Assembly: GCF_963676685.1 (NCBI RefSeq)
Contig: NC_092349.1
Span: 75,906,473 to 75,970,472, forward strand
Source: Mytilus edulis
Lineage: Eukaryota
Length of the DNA: 64,000 bases
Reading direction: 5' to 3'
In this document: positions 37,178 to 50,083 of the stretch, piece by piece
Layout: every line of letters starts with the position of its first letter
Numbering within the stretch: position 1 is the first letter of the stretch
The notes under the pieces: generated by a model
The model's database searches: none
Told to the model about the DNA's origin: nothing
What the model saw: only the letters and a program-made list of their open reading frames with translations
Position numbers and translations under genes: made by a program

Positions 37178-38563
37178 GTTAGCATTGACCATTACATGTA
37201 TTAATATTTTATGTTAAATCAAAACCTTGCTTATGGCAAGATGAGTTAATCTCCAATCTTAATTGACCATAAGTGCCAGTTTCTTTCTTTATTCTTCATT
37301 TTGTCTGGGTGCTAAGCCTTCAACCACCAAACAAATGTTTTCTGTGACAAGGCCAAGGTTGCTCAAAGTGTTTGTTCAACCAATACCAGGAAACAAAACT
37401 TTCTTCAGGTTCATTTACTATTAAGAATTTGGCAAAATGAACTTGAGATTTTCAATGATAAATTACTGATCTGGTTGAGTGGTCCTTTTGTATCAGCTGT
37501 TATTATGTTACAATCTCTTGTGGTAATAAACATTGAAAAAGTTGACCATGTTTGATTGAAAAGCTTTTAAATATTTAAAATTTAACTGTTGATAGTGGAG
37601 AAATATCAAAATACAAGAGATGTAGTGGTGAAATCTGTTTCTCTAATGATTTTTAGATAATATTTAATCAGAGTTTATCCTTTCTTTTCAAATATGCAGA
37701 AAGTTGTGTTCTTTATATGTGAAGTCACCAGGCATCATTGCCTTTTTCATGAAGTCACAGTAATAAAGGAGTAGGTCCGGTAAGACCCCTTTTTGGCCCC
37801 AAAATATAACAGTTTTACAAAATTGTTAAAATGTAAACCTTTAGTTATTTATTGGACAGTTGAATGCTTCTGCTACATTAATATGGGCAGTTTTTGACAA
37901 TACAATGCACATATATCGGGTTGTGGCACCATTAAGTCACGCTAAATTACTGAAATCTTCAAAATTCTATCATTTTAGTTAAATTTTAGACGGTTTCCTT
38001 GTAAAACGAAATTGGCCGCATTCGTGTTCATCCTTAATATTGAAATGTAAGTTGTATTTTATGAAAATACATAACATATATAAAGGTTGTGGATGAACAC
38101 GGATGCGGCCACTTTCATTTTTGACAAAAACCATCTGAAAATTGACGTTTTTTGGCATATTTGAGAGATTTTTCATATTTGAGCTTGAATCGGATCGTTT
38201 TTAATGACTAAATCAGATAAAATCTTTCACTTACACTAATTAAATCAAGTGAAATAGACACTTAAGTCTTTAAAAAGTGGTCAAAATCTTTCGTCAGATG
38301 AAAGTGAAATTTGAGGCCAAAATGAGTCCTTACCGGACCTACTCCTTTAGATTTCAAGAAAATTTGACATTGTAATTAAATTTCCATCAATCATTTGCTG
38401 AGAACAAAGTTTTCACTAGAAATGATAAATATTTAAATTATTCTGTTTAACACATCTGACAGTTTTATGTAAAAGGCTGTGTATTTTAATATCAAGCAAC
38501 TATTTAGACTGTAAACATTTTGGGCAGATCTTTCTTAATGCTCCACATGGTTTTATTCCACAG

Positions 38564-38731
38564 ATTGAAGGCCAGACTGAGCGAGCTTGTCAACCAGGTG
38601 TTTCTGGGGTCAGTGTACAGTGGATATACTATGCTAAACACAGTAACATAATCCAGGCTCCATGTATAATCCCATCTCTGTTTAATGGTACTCGCCAGGT
38701 AGTTTATGGGTTTGTCCCAAATTGTACACAG
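38564..38731 (+). CDS. PARP4: PARP4-like exon 24
   Basis: attccacag|att ... acacag|gtaaga. Translation IEGQTERACQPGVSGVSVQWIYYAKHSNIIQAPCIIPSLFNGTRQVVYGFVPNCTQ matches human IEDQMTRLCSPSCHSVSVKWQQLNPDVPEALQAPAQVPSLFLNDRLLVYGFIPHCTQ. Confidence 0.75.
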
Positions 38732-39179
38732 GTAAGAATTAAGATAAAATCATGTTTGTTGCTCATGAATCTATGTGTTTATTTAAAACATATATTTATT
38801 GTGAAGTTCATTTTCAATTTTCAATTTATCAATTTGAGAATTATTTCCTATTGCATTTTGCTGTTCTTAAAAGTACAACCTTTTTAAATGTTGCATGATT
38901 TACTTCACATTCTATACTAAATAATTGTTATAAAAAAAGTAAAGGAGAATAGGATTTGGTAATAAACTAAAACATGATATATTTTTTTTCTCTGAATTAT
39001 TTCCCATTCCTATATGTGTTATTCTAAATACAACCTTGTTTTTAAATATTGCATGATTTATTTTTCACAATTTTATACTCAATAATTGTCACAAATAAAA
39101 CAAACAATGATATGAAATTTGGTATTTGGTACGTAATAAAACATGATTGATTTTGTCTTCATTTTTTGTTATTTTCTAG

Positions 39180-39260
39180 GCCAAGTTAAGTGCTTCAGTT
39201 GATGGTAATGAATTCTGTACCATGGTGTCTACCTCAGAACTTAATATGACCAAGGGCAAA
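39180..39260 (+). CDS. PARP4: PARP4-like exon 25
   Basis: tttctag|gcc ... ggcaaa|gtaagt. Translation AKLSASVDGNEFCTMVSTSELNMTKGK matches human ATLCALIQEKEFRTMVSTTELQKTTGT. Confidence 0.65.
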
Positions 39261-39351
39261 GTAAGTCTTTTTACATTGAAGTTAATGAAAACTATCATGT
39301 TTCTTCTTTTGTGATTTATGTAGAAGAAGGGCAGACTATCTAAATTGTTAT

Positions 39352-40208
39352 TATGCCCCATTTATTGGCATTATGTTTTTCATTCTGTGCGTCTGTTAAT
39401 TTGTCCTTCCATCTGTCCCGCTTCAGGTTTAAGTTTTTGGTCAAGGTAGTTTTGATGAAGTTGAAGTCCAATCAACTTGAAACTGAGTACACATCTTTCC
39501 TTTGACATGATCTTTCTAATTTTAATGCCAAATGAGAGTATTGAACCCAATTTTATGGTCTACTGAACATAGAAAATGATAGTGCAAGTGGGGCATATGT
39601 AAACTATGGACACATTCTTGTTGCAATCGATACAGTGTTGTACAAATGTATATTAAAATTTGTAGGCTTCAATTTTGATTTTAAGGTCACTAGTTTCTGT
39701 TCATAGAATCTGCTTATGCTTCCTCAGTAGGTCAGTATCAGAAATATATAAAATTTTATGTTTTAGCTCCTAAATCATGAAGGCTCAGTAAGCTTTGTCC
39801 TTTACTAGTATTTGATAACTTACCGACATTAGTAGAGGGGCATTTTGTTTTCTGGTCTGTCTGTACAATCATTCATCTGTTGTCTGTCTGTACAATCATT
39901 CATCTGTTGTCTGTCTGTATAATCGTTCGTCTGATGTCTGTCTGTACGATTGATTGTCTATTGTCTGTCTGTCCATTTGTCTGCTCGTTTGCCCATCCGT
40001 ATGTGCTGCTTCGTTAAAGTTTTTTATGAAAGTAGTTTTTGATGTAGTTGAAGTTCAATCAACTTGAAACTTAGTACACATGTTCCCTAGGATATGATCT
40101 TTCTAATTTTAATGCCAAATAAGAGTTTTTATCCCAATTTCATGGCCCACTGAATATAGAAATGATAGTGAGAGTGGGGCATCTGTGTACTATGGACATA
40201 TTCTTGTT
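39352..40208. repeat. Two adjacent copies (C, D) of the same dispersed family, in a PARP4-like intron
   Basis: 39352-39622 and 39829-40208. Copy D carries a (tgtctgtctgtacaatcattcatctgt)-type internal expansion. Confidence 0.65.
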
Positions 40209-40725
40209 ATATATAATTAGCAATATATATAAATATACAGATTCTACCACTGAATCGAGTGTGATACAATATTTACCCCCTCGAGACAATTAGATATTCA
40301 AATTTAAATCGGGAGGTAAGCTGAGCGTTAAAAATACTAAAATTTAATTGTTGAGAGTGGATAAATATCATATTTTTGGAGAGTTATTGGTGGAATCTGT
40401 TTTTCTGATGATTTGCAGACCATCTTAAACCTTCATTTTGAACAACCTTCAAACAAGTGGTGTTCTTTCTGCATAACATCATCATGCATTCACCAATTTA
40501 CGTCATAGGAATTTCAGAGGAAGGCATGAAAATTTGACGTCATTAACGAATTTTGACCAATGAATAACTGAGATCAAACAAATCACAGGTTGATTAAATA
40601 ATAATAACCATCAGGTCAGGAAAGGGATAAATGAGTAAAATTAAGAGAAAAAAGTTTATACTTTTCTGACATTGATCTTATGTTGTATACCCAATAATTT
40701 TATCAATACTCTTTATCTTGTTCAG

Positions 40726-40806
40726 ATGTTACACCAGCTGACAGCTAGAGCGGTAATCAGAGATTATGAAGATGGCGTTTTCTCCAGTAATAATACACAG
40801 GATCAG
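40726..40806 (+). CDS. PARP4: PARP4-like exon 26
   Basis: gttcag|atg ... gatcag|gtacga. Translation MLHQLTARAVIRDYEDGVFSSNNTQDQ matches human MIHKLAARALIRDYEDGILHENETSHE. Confidence 0.75.
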
Positions 40807-41206
40807 GTACGACCAAATTATGAATACAGTACAATCATACCAACGATTTTAAAAACAAACTTTAAGTGCAATTTAATGTTATCATGTATATAGATTCAAA
40901 TAAGTTAGCACACCTAGAAGTTTGGGTATGAAAGGATAGATTTTTATTAAGAATTGAATGCTTCATTGGGGTTTAAAAGCATTGACCAAAGTACATTCTA
41001 AAAATGTGTGCACCATATTAAAACACTTTTACAACCCTATGAAGTTACAAAAAGAAGCATTCAATACTTATAATTACATTTTTTTTAGCTGGGATCATGA
41101 AAACACAATATTTATCAAGTTTTTATTCAATTTACCTGTGCACTTTATTATGGGACATCGTGTCATCATAAATGATAAATTTTATTGTGTAATGAAGTTG
41201 CTTATG

Positions 41207-42117
41207 CGGGGTTCACACATTGCCGATTATTGCTCCCGTTTGAGATCAGACAGCGATACGACACGAAAAGTGAAAAAGTCGGATTAGTATCCTCAATTAT
41301 CTGAAATGTCCTATTATTGTCTGAACGCAGTCGTTTTAGTTAGTAACAGATTCCTACTGGTCGGGAAGGGTCCAAATAGTTTGGCAAAGCACCCCGACAG
41401 TTAGGTGCGTCCCGTAACATTCGGGGAAACTCAGCCGATTTTGTCTAGTCGGATTACAATCGTGCCTATGTCGTGACAGATTCTGCTGTATCGTATCGAA
41501 TTCCTAACAATGTTCTGTGTATTTGGGACGTTGTCCTGTGGAACGGGAATGATATTGAGAAATTTTTCATTGCTGTTTTTCTGCCGATTGAGTCCAGATT
41601 GCATCCAGATCTTGTTGATTGCGAACCGTTTTTTACAGAATACAATACGACTGAGACCAGACAAAGCCGTTTGCAATGCGATAGAGCGGACCGTGATAGG
41701 ATTACATTCCGACAGTACCTGATCATCCCGAGTTGGCCGACATTTTTCAAACAGATAACTTCCGTCAGTGTCAGTTCACTGTCTTGTCACTCTCTGATCT
41801 CTGTCGGATTACATTGGGTAGAATAGGGACGCAATCGTGACAGACTCGGTCGAATTTTACATGGCGAAAGATACAAATCGGATTAGAAGCGGATTTAGAA
41901 CGGGATTATCGGGATAAATTCGCTTGGAAACGATTGAATATCGACGCTTCCTGAACAATATCTGATTGTTGTGGTGATTAAATATTTTTTTTACAAATTT
42001 TAATTAAAGTTTGAAATTCCATTAACAATTCATAGGATCTTGATCAGACTTTTAATAAATTTTAATCAGGAATGGTCCTGTCAAGGACGGCGGTAAAAAT
42101 CGGGAATGTGTGACCCC
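41207..42117. mobile_element. Non-autonomous DNA transposon (MITE-like, ~0.9 kb) with 16-bp TIRs GGGGTTCACACATTGCC, in a PARP4-like intron
   Basis: 5' end ggggttcacacattgcc; 3' end gggaatgtgtgacccc (reverse complement ggggtcacacattccc). The interior is noticeably GC-richer than the flanks and carries 6 or more copies of the motif tCGGATTA(c/g). Overlapping six-frame ORFs on both strands here look like compositional artefacts. Confidence 0.65.
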
Positions 42118-42309
42118 AGCTTAAAGGAATAATGCGAAATTGTAGAGTAACCAATCAGAATACGTATTATAATGAAACATACATCCAATGTAATTATATA
42201 TACATGACAACTTGACACAGTAATATGAATAAGAACTGTATTATAAATTTGTACTATTTGATATAAATTTTATGATGATGAATTCCATTTATTTTTATTA
42301 TGCTCTAAG

Positions 42310-42411
42310 GTCCAGAAATTGGAGAAGAAATCGTACATCATAGATCTAAGCAAAGAATACTCTATAGTTACTCCCTATACAAGCTTTATAGCTGTGGAAG
42401 AGAGAGAAAAA
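42310..42411 (+). CDS. PARP4: PARP4-like exon 27
   Basis: gctctaag|gtc ... gaaaaa|gtaagt. Translation VQKLEKKSYIIDLSKEYSIVTPYTSFIAVEEREK matches human KKQTLKSLIIKLSKENSLITQFTSFVAVEKRDE. Confidence 0.75.
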
Positions 42412-43580
42412 GTAAGTCAATGTTTTAAAATGTTTTTTGGGACCTTTAAGGTGGTACCAAACACCATGACTAAAATTAATTGGGCTCGTTTAATTTTCAT
42501 AAATTTTGAAAAAATGTTTTTTCTTGACCTTTTGACAAAAAAAAATGTCTAAAATCTTCAACAACACACTTTATCTAAAAAAAATCATTGGATTTAAAGC
42601 AGTTTTACAAACTTTAATTTTGATCATTGAGAAGCTTCATATTTCCTTTACAATATTAATGAAAATGATGATAATGTCCTTTAATTTTTACAGAGTTATC
42701 TCCCTGTAGTTTTATAGACCACCTTAAAAAGTATTAGTTTATAAGAATAGCATGTGTATCATCCAATCTCAATCTTCAAAGGGCCATGGTATCACAGCGC
42801 TTTAATTTTTACCATGGTACTATCTTTATAAATTTAATGATAAAATGTATTTTGGATGTATTGCTATTACTTTGGGCAAAAACTTCTATTTTGAATTCCA
42901 TATGCACAGTCTATTTGACAAATCTTGTTCTTATATATGTTTATTACAAATTTAAAGCCATTTTATGGAGGTACACCAGTTATTTAAACATTTAATTGAC
43001 AACTCCTTATATTTGTTTGTTCAAAAATGTTTGCAGCAGTTGTACATTATTGCCTCACCTTTATGAAAATCAAGACATAGTTGTGCAGTTTCTGGAGGAG
43101 GCAGTGGAGGTGTTACCAATGTATTGGTTTGTAATTAGGTCAGTTTACTGAGAGCTCCAGGTCAATAATATTTGATATGCAATTGTATTATCATTATGTA
43201 TTTCGAAGAAAAATTATCAGGCTCTGCCCTCTCAATCATGGTCTATTGACTTAGAATTTTTTTCTCAGTTAATATGTGATAGTTTGAGATTAGGTAAGTT
43301 AAAGTGAAACCACTAATTTTAGGTCAACAATATTTGGTATGCAGTTGTATAAGCATTGGCACATCTAATTTCAAGGTAGATCATATTGCCCTGCCTGCAT
43401 CGTTAGTCATGGTTTATAAACTTTGTATGCTTTGCAAAGTAAACTGTTAAATTTTTGCTATTTTTATTTCAACATTTGAATTTTATTATCAAAAGTACAT
43501 GCAGGTGAGACATATCTCTGTGTCAACAGTGTATTAAACCCAATTAACATAACAATGTGTGGTATTTTATTCTAATGTAG

Positions 43581-43688
43581 GATGAAGAGAAGACAGATGG
43601 ACCATCAATTGCTGATTTAGTTGCCAAGGAGACTGTTGATGTTTTACCTTATATGGACTGGCAGAATGCAGACATGTTTGAAGAGAAG
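43581..43688 (+). CDS. PARP4: PARP4-like exon 28
   Basis: aatgtag|gat ... gagaag|gtgtgg. Translation DEEKTDGPSIADLVAKETVDVLPYMDWQNADMFEEK matches human NESPFPDIPKVSELIAKEDVDFLPYMSWQGEPQEAV. Confidence 0.65.
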
Positions 43689-43826
43689 GTGTGGTCCCGA
43701 TTTCTATTTATTTTTTATTAGTTATACCTCAGTGCATATTCCAGTAATCATGGTAATGGGTATCAATTAGGAAGGGATCTAATATTATTCTAAATGCATT
43801 TTTTTTTAAAACAGACTAAACTTTAT

Positions 43827-44933
43827 CATACCTGTCAACTTTTGAAAATGGCCATGGGGGTTTTTATGCGCGGCCCCATTTTTGAGGGAAGAATTTTTCG
43901 CGGCATATTGTCGTGTGATGATTTGGCTCCTAAAAGTGTCTGACATACTTCTTTTTTGGGGGGTGATAGTTGAAGATGCTATTATAACCTATCTTTTTTT
44001 AAATTGTTTGATTGTTGTAATCTTTTTGTTTAGATAAACACCAGTAAGATGACTTTATGTTTGTCTGATACATTGTCAAGAAATAAAAAAAGAAGTAGTA
44101 ATTTTAATAATTTAATAACAAAAAAAAAAACAATATATGAGGGTCTGGAATGAGGGGGGGGGGGGTCTGTTGTTCTGTAAACATTTAATTTTCACCACTT
44201 TTTTCTCTAATCTTCAAAAAATTAACCTCTTTTTTCTCTAATCTTCAAAAAATTTGACCACGCATTTCTCCAATTTTCATTTTTTTTTTGCCCGTTATTC
44301 TCTAATCTTCATTTTTTAAGGGCATTATATTCTTTAATCATTTAACCCCATCCAAACCCTCATATATTATATAGATCAATATCACAAGCAGTACTAGAAT
44401 GTTTGGAGACATCATTAAGGCCACCGTGGTCAACTTTAAAGTCTCTGTTGCAAACTTTACAAAAGGCATGTGACAATCCTAATGTTGATTTAGACAACCA
44501 GCCCCTGTACTTGACATCATTCTCCCATTTCTCTAAGTATTTGCACGAAGCAACACGCTTTTTTTTTCTTAGGCGGTGACAGAACTATTTTGCAAGTGAT
44601 AACTCGCCCATCATGATTCCAATTTTTATAAATTTAACACTCAAGCTAAAAAAAACAACTCAAAATTTCGATTCTTTGATTGTTTACTATGCCGACATTA
44701 ATCAACTGGTCAATGCGTGATCACTAAATTTTGATTGGATGAAATTTGTCAGACACGAATTGTCTCCCTTGGGAAAACTTTCAAAAGTTCAAAATCGGGA
44801 ACAAAAATATTTTTCGTGTAAATTTTACTAAAATCATGTTTTTTGGCTATTTTCACGATCACGATCGTGTAATCGGGACAGAGGGTCAAAATCGTGTAGT
44901 ACACGCCTAAATCGTGAAAGTTGGCAGGTATGC
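43827..44933. mobile_element. MITE-like element (~1.1 kb) with TIRs CATACCTG(T/C)CAACTTT
   Basis: 5' catacctgtcaacttttg; 3' aaagttggcaggtatg (reverse complement catacctgccaacttt). The interior has a G11 run (44151-44163) and tandem ttttctctaatcttcaaaaaatt units (44205-44320). Confidence 0.6.
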
Positions 44934-45013
44934 TTTATTTCTACAGTAAGGCTATATTTTGTCTGCTAACAGAGGGAAATCCTACTAAAAGGGATTAAAT
45001 GTAACCACTGTTC

Positions 45014-45314
45014 AATAGACCACTTTCGAGTTCATCCGTCACCGGAAAAAACTCGTCAATTATATGGGCCTTTATGACATCATTTACCAGATAGAGGGGG
45101 TCGCCTGTATCCCTGCACTATTTACGTTCATCAAGCTAGAAATAATGGTTGTTCTGTAGGTACTTAATGACAATTCCCTAATGACAGCAATGCTGATTGT
45201 CAATTTTGAGAATTTAATTTGCCGAATAATTCGTACAATATAGAATTATAGTTTTCCAACCACTCGCTCAACATTGAAATGGAAGTGACGACACCCCTAA
45301 ACGCACAAATGACG
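45014..45314. mobile_element. Second, truncated copy of the same foldback element (one TIR plus internal region, inverted relative to copy 1)
   Basis: 45014-45314 matches the reverse complement of about 330-631 at roughly 90% identity, with a ~30-bp internal deletion. A small related fragment lies at 6935-6975 (gacgtcatttaccagatagaaggctcgcctgtatc). Confidence 0.75.
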
Positions 45315-45821
45315 TTCACTAAAACCAGAGTTTTGGAAGGAAATGCATCGAACTTGAAAGTTGTCTATTATAAGCTCACATTTTTTTTCATTTGATGAGT
45401 AAATTCATACTAGCTTAAACAAGAACGAGAATTTGTAATATAGTTATTTTGAAACTTTTATGTTGATCTTTTAACACTATTTCTATGAAAGGGAGGTTTT
45501 TTATGGGGGGGGGGGGGGGGTTCACAACAGCAAAGTGTATTGCGCAAAAGCAAAATAATGAATATAAATTCAAATCACATAACCAATTCTAGTTCTTTGA
45601 CCACAGTTATTCTGTGTCAGAAACCTATTATGTATCAAATATTAAATTACAACCCAAATTCAGACCTGTATCAAGTGCGAATATTGTGTCCATTTTTGCC
45701 CCAACTGTTCAGGTTTGGATCTCCGCGAAAGTATCCAGCTGTGCTCAGCAAAGCAATTTATTTTTTATAATATAAAAATGATTTTTACAGATGTATTGAT
45801 TGAATTTTTTCACCTTTTTAG

Positions 45822-45968
45822 GACCCTGTTGTGGCTATTGAAGAATTATTATGTAAAGGAGCAATAGCTGAGACTTTTTCCCAGATGGAGGCTGAGCGGT
45901 GTTACTCGTCAATACTAGACTATGTTGATGACTTGAAAAAAGAAGAAAATAAAGATTTAAAATTTACT
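45822..45968 (+). CDS. Candidate PARP4-like exon 29 (divergent C-terminal region)
   Basis: ttttag|gac ... tttact|gtaaat. 147 nt, phase 0-0, open frame DPVVAIEELLCKGAIAETFSQMEAERCYSSILDYVDDLKKEENKDLKFT. Supported by splice signals and phase only; this region is poorly conserved in vertebrates. Confidence 0.35.
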
Positions 45969-47345
45969 GTAAATATTCTTAATTGTGATAATTAAACTTT
46001 CTTTTATCACCAAAATGATGTCCATGTTTAAAAACATGAGCTCTAAAAAAACAATCTAATTAAAATTTGTTTTGCTGCATATGCTCCTCGTTGTAACAAA
46101 GAGTAGCCAGTGTAGAGAACTAATTATAATTAGATTGCTAAGAATCTAGAGCAGAAGGTATGATGAGCCCATTTTGTACCCCTTTACTTCACAATTGTTG
46201 AGGTAATTGAAATCTATACTATAACCTATGCAAAAATTATTTGAGCACCAATCACTTGGATCTTCCAATTTATTTATTTTTACATTCAACAGCATTCCCT
46301 GATAAGAAATTGAATGTGATTCTGTAGTTTTCTGTCAGCTGTTTGGTGTTCTTTTTATCAAAAACTAAATGTAAAATAGCAGTAAATACTCAAATATGTA
46401 TGAATAAAAGGAAATGTATTATATACATTTTTATAAGACATGAACCCAAAAACACAAAGACATTTAGATATCAACATACAGTCTTCAACAATAGTTAGTT
46501 TGTCTAAAACATGTCAAGCTCTAAGTTTGAAAGAGTTGTTCATCATTTGATAAGAAATTATTAAAGATTTTCAATCAACACTGAATTGTTTGGTCCTTCT
46601 AGCAAAATTATGATATAAAAATTATGAAGTGACTTGTCAGGCCATGGGTGATATTAGCATAGGAAAGGCAACTAGTTTTTTTATACAAAAAAACAAAAAA
46701 TGAACCAAGTATTTGAGTTTATTTGATTTTATGGCCATATTACCTACTTGCAGAGCATATAGGAGCTAACATATGATATAGAACATTTTCTTGTGGATAT
46801 TGTTAATTGCAGTCGGATGTTTATGATTATATAGATATTTGATGGCCATTTACTTTAAGGAGTATGTAAGCCTTCATTTGTTAATGTAGTTGTTCATATA
46901 GAATTAAGAATGGAAAAGGGGAATGTGTCAAAGAGGCAACAACCCAACCAAAGAGCAGAAAAATAGCTGGAAGGCCACCAATGGGTCAAATAACCTATAG
47001 CTAGCCTTCTAAACAGTGAGTAAATCATGCACCCAGATGCAGGCTTCAGCTGACCACCTTAAAAATGTATACTAGTTCGGCAAAAATGGAGGTCACACTA
47101 AATTAAATATGCTTGCTTTGCTGAGTGGATAGATATATGTTGATAATGTTCAGCAGATGCTTAGTTTATGTCGTATGTTGTCTTTTGGAATTTCATGTTC
47201 CTATGTTGTTTAAACTTACCCAGAGTTTACAAATATTTAGAAATGAACATTAAACAACACAAAACAGGAAAATAAAACACTTACTTCTTACCACTCTAAG
47301 TTTTGACAGGTTTGGCAAAACCTATTGATAAAACATTTATTACAG

Positions 47346-47433
47346 GTAATGGAAAATGTTGTAAAGTTTTGTCAGAAGAGTGGAAGTGAGAATAGTATGG
47401 ACATCATGAAAACTTTCAAAGATATATTTCCTG
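47346..47433 (+). CDS. Candidate PARP4-like exon 30
   Basis: attacag|gta ... cctg|gtaagc. Open frame VMENVVKFCQKSGSENSMDIMKTFKDIFP. Phase 0 in, phase 1 out, matching the next candidate exon. Confidence 0.3.
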
Positions 47434-48209
47434 GTAAGCTGTTTAATATCAATTACAAGGACTATATATCATAATGAGGGAAAATATGTTTTTTTTATTT
47501 AAGGAGATGTCTAAAGTTGGTGATGGTTTTCACTATTCCCATTCAGGAGTTATAGTCTTTGTTTGATTGGAAAATGAAATTTGAAGTCATTTACATGAGA
47601 ACTGTATGTGCTAACCCAGCCACATATGTGCCTTATCCAAGTCTATAGTTTTGGCTTGTTGCTGAGTAACATATTTGTTTTTTATCAATTGTTTTGTTAT
47701 AACTAAGGCTGTTTTTTCAGTTGAATTGTTTCATATTTTCATGTCAGGGTCTTTAATAGCAGACTATATGGTATGATTTTTTCTCATTGTTTTATACGGT
47801 ATGGTTGCCTATAATTGTTTACATACACTTCATTTGAACTTTGGTGGATAGTTGTCGCATTGGAATCTCACCACGGCTCCTTACTTTTCTATTTTTATGT
47901 GCTTTGAAACGAAATTTTGCATAGTAGCTGTCGTTAACATCACATAAAATTAAGAATGGAATGGGAAATTGCCAAAGAGACAACAACTGGACCAAAGAGC
48001 AGAAAACAGCCGAAGGCCACCAATGGGTCTTCAATACAGAGAGAAAATCCTGCACTCAGCTTCAGCTGGCCCCTAAACAAAAATAGGGGCATACAGTGTT
48101 TAGAAAATTTTTAGAACCCCTTCCAATCCAAATAACTTTGCTTGTCACTACTGTATGTTTCCACTGAGATGGAACTAAGATCCCTTTACCTAAGTTTTAT
48201 TATCTCCAG

Positions 48210-48330
48210 GGGTACTCTCAATGAAATTACAGTATGAAGTTCCTTTAATTTCAATGCATGATAACTGCAAAGATATCCTGGGCTTTGCCCTCATTTTTTG
48301 TCAAGCCTTTGACTTGTCGAAAAAAGCGAG
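48210..48330 (+). CDS. Candidate PARP4-like exon 31 (MVP-interaction-like segment); 3' end unresolved
   Basis: tctccag|ggg, phase-compatible with the previous exon. Translation ...VPLISMHDNCKDILGFALIFCQAFDLSKK weakly resembles the human PARP4 C-terminus ECLLDLIATMLVLQFIRTRLEKEG. No convincing donor found. The downstream part of ORF 48221..48478 runs into a repeat that recurs at 48582-48680. Confidence 0.3.
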
Positions 48331-48810
48331 ACATAGCGACCCTACATTCCCTTTGGCTTTGGCGTTGTCGGCGGTGGCGTCCACAAATATCCACTCTGTG
48401 ATTAAAGTTTTTGAAATTTTAATGATTTTCTTTAACTGGCCTGGATTCAAACAAACTTGGACAGAAGCTTGTTTATGATCATAAGATATAGTATCCAAAA
48501 GTAAAACTTAAAAAAAACAACATTTTTTCCGTATTTTACTTAAAAAATGGACTTAGTTTTTCTGCCAGGAAACATTACATTCACTCTGTGGTTAAAGTTT
48601 TTAAAATTTTAATAACTTTCTTAAACTAGCCTGGATTTGTACTTGGACAGAAGCTTGTTTGTGATCAAAAGCGTGACACTGGGTTCCACAGAACCCTTCC
48701 ATTTTTTTTTTTTGAGACTTTATAATAAACATCCAATCAATATGCACAAATATCACATATATAAACAAGTATAAAGGACCTTCTACAAGTATATTGATTG
48801 TTTATTACAG

Positions 48811-49000
48811 ACACTAGAAGTTTGTTTGTGAAGACTCTGACAGGTAAAACTATTGGAGGAGTAGAACTACTTGCCTCTGATACAATAGAACAAGTCAAGG
48901 TCAAGATACAAGAATTAGAAGGGATCCCAATAGATCAACAGAGATTGGTTTTTGATGGAAAACAGCTAGAAGATGGTCATACATTAGAGGATTACAGCAA
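48811..49000 (+). CDS. Ubiquitin-like domain, first exon (residues ~3-60 of the ubiquitin fold)
   Basis: Acceptor ttattacag|ac. Translation (D)[63 protein letters not shown] aligns to ubiquitin [58 protein letters not shown]. The initiator Met must lie in an upstream exon. The donor near 49001 (aag|gttaac) is uncertain. Confidence 0.5.
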
Positions 49001-50083
49001 GTTAACATTTTGTTTTCTACTAATATTACTGTGGATTCATTATTGTTCATTGGATACAAATTTTCGTGGATGATATACAGTTTTCAAATATAGGTCAACC
49101 TCAAAAGCCTCTGAAATAAATTGAGCTTTTGCCATTTGATAAAAGACTTTTCGTTTTGAATTTTCCTTAGAAATTCGTTAGTTTTGATATTTTACTGTCA
49201 AAGATCTGTCTTAAACACTAAAAAGAAAAACATTCATGATCAGACATGACCAAAACAAAAATGTGCAGATAGAAAAAAGTTAAATACTGTCAAAATTAAT
49301 TTTCTCTGTAATAATCATTTTATGATAATTTTTAAAGCTAGGCAATTGGCCTTATTGGTGTTGCCTTCATGCCATATTTGTCCCTGACCGATTCAATTAC
49401 GTCTGCTAAGTTGATTATTTATCAACAAAAAGATAAGATTATGGCATTAGACCAGAGAAAGTTATCCATTGATGTCACAAAAATAAACTTAGATTTCATT
49501 CCAAAACTACAAAATATCTTCTGCAAGTGTTAATGACTGCATCAGGAAAATTTGAGATAATGACACTTTTCCTGTTTTATTAAACTTATTGCTTTTTCAA
49601 AACAAGCTAAGGAAAGAGATTAAACATTTTTTGATACTTCTATGTAAATAAGATTTGAATTCAATGCAATTGGTAAAATATCACATTTTTTGTGTTGAAA
49701 AAAACCCAACCAAAGTGACATTTCTTTGAGGATGTCAGTACACAACAATTTGTGAAAATAACATTCTTTCCATAGACTACATGCATTTGTATATTTTCTA
49801 ATTTTTGTTCTATTTACACATTTCTTGATTGGTGTGTGAAAAAAATTTCTCCTCACTAGTTTTAATAATATCTGTTGATCAAAATTCAATTGTAACGTGA
49901 AGTCTTCTTGGTTTCTTCTGAACTTGAGATCCTCCTATTGTGACGTCATGAAAAATTGTGCGCACCCTCTTTAGTTAGGGTTCTTGTTCTTAGTGTATGC
50001 TTGAAATTTGCAACTAAATGTTTAGTAACCAGCGTTGGTTGTGTAAGTCATTAAGTTTAAGATAATGATTAATTCTATTACAG

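Noticed and set aside
41431-41826. Mutually overlapping ORFs on both strands (81-117 aa) in a GC-rich patch
   Set aside because: They lie entirely inside a TIR-bounded MITE. The open frames reflect GC-rich composition, and the mutual overlap on both strands argues against real coding.
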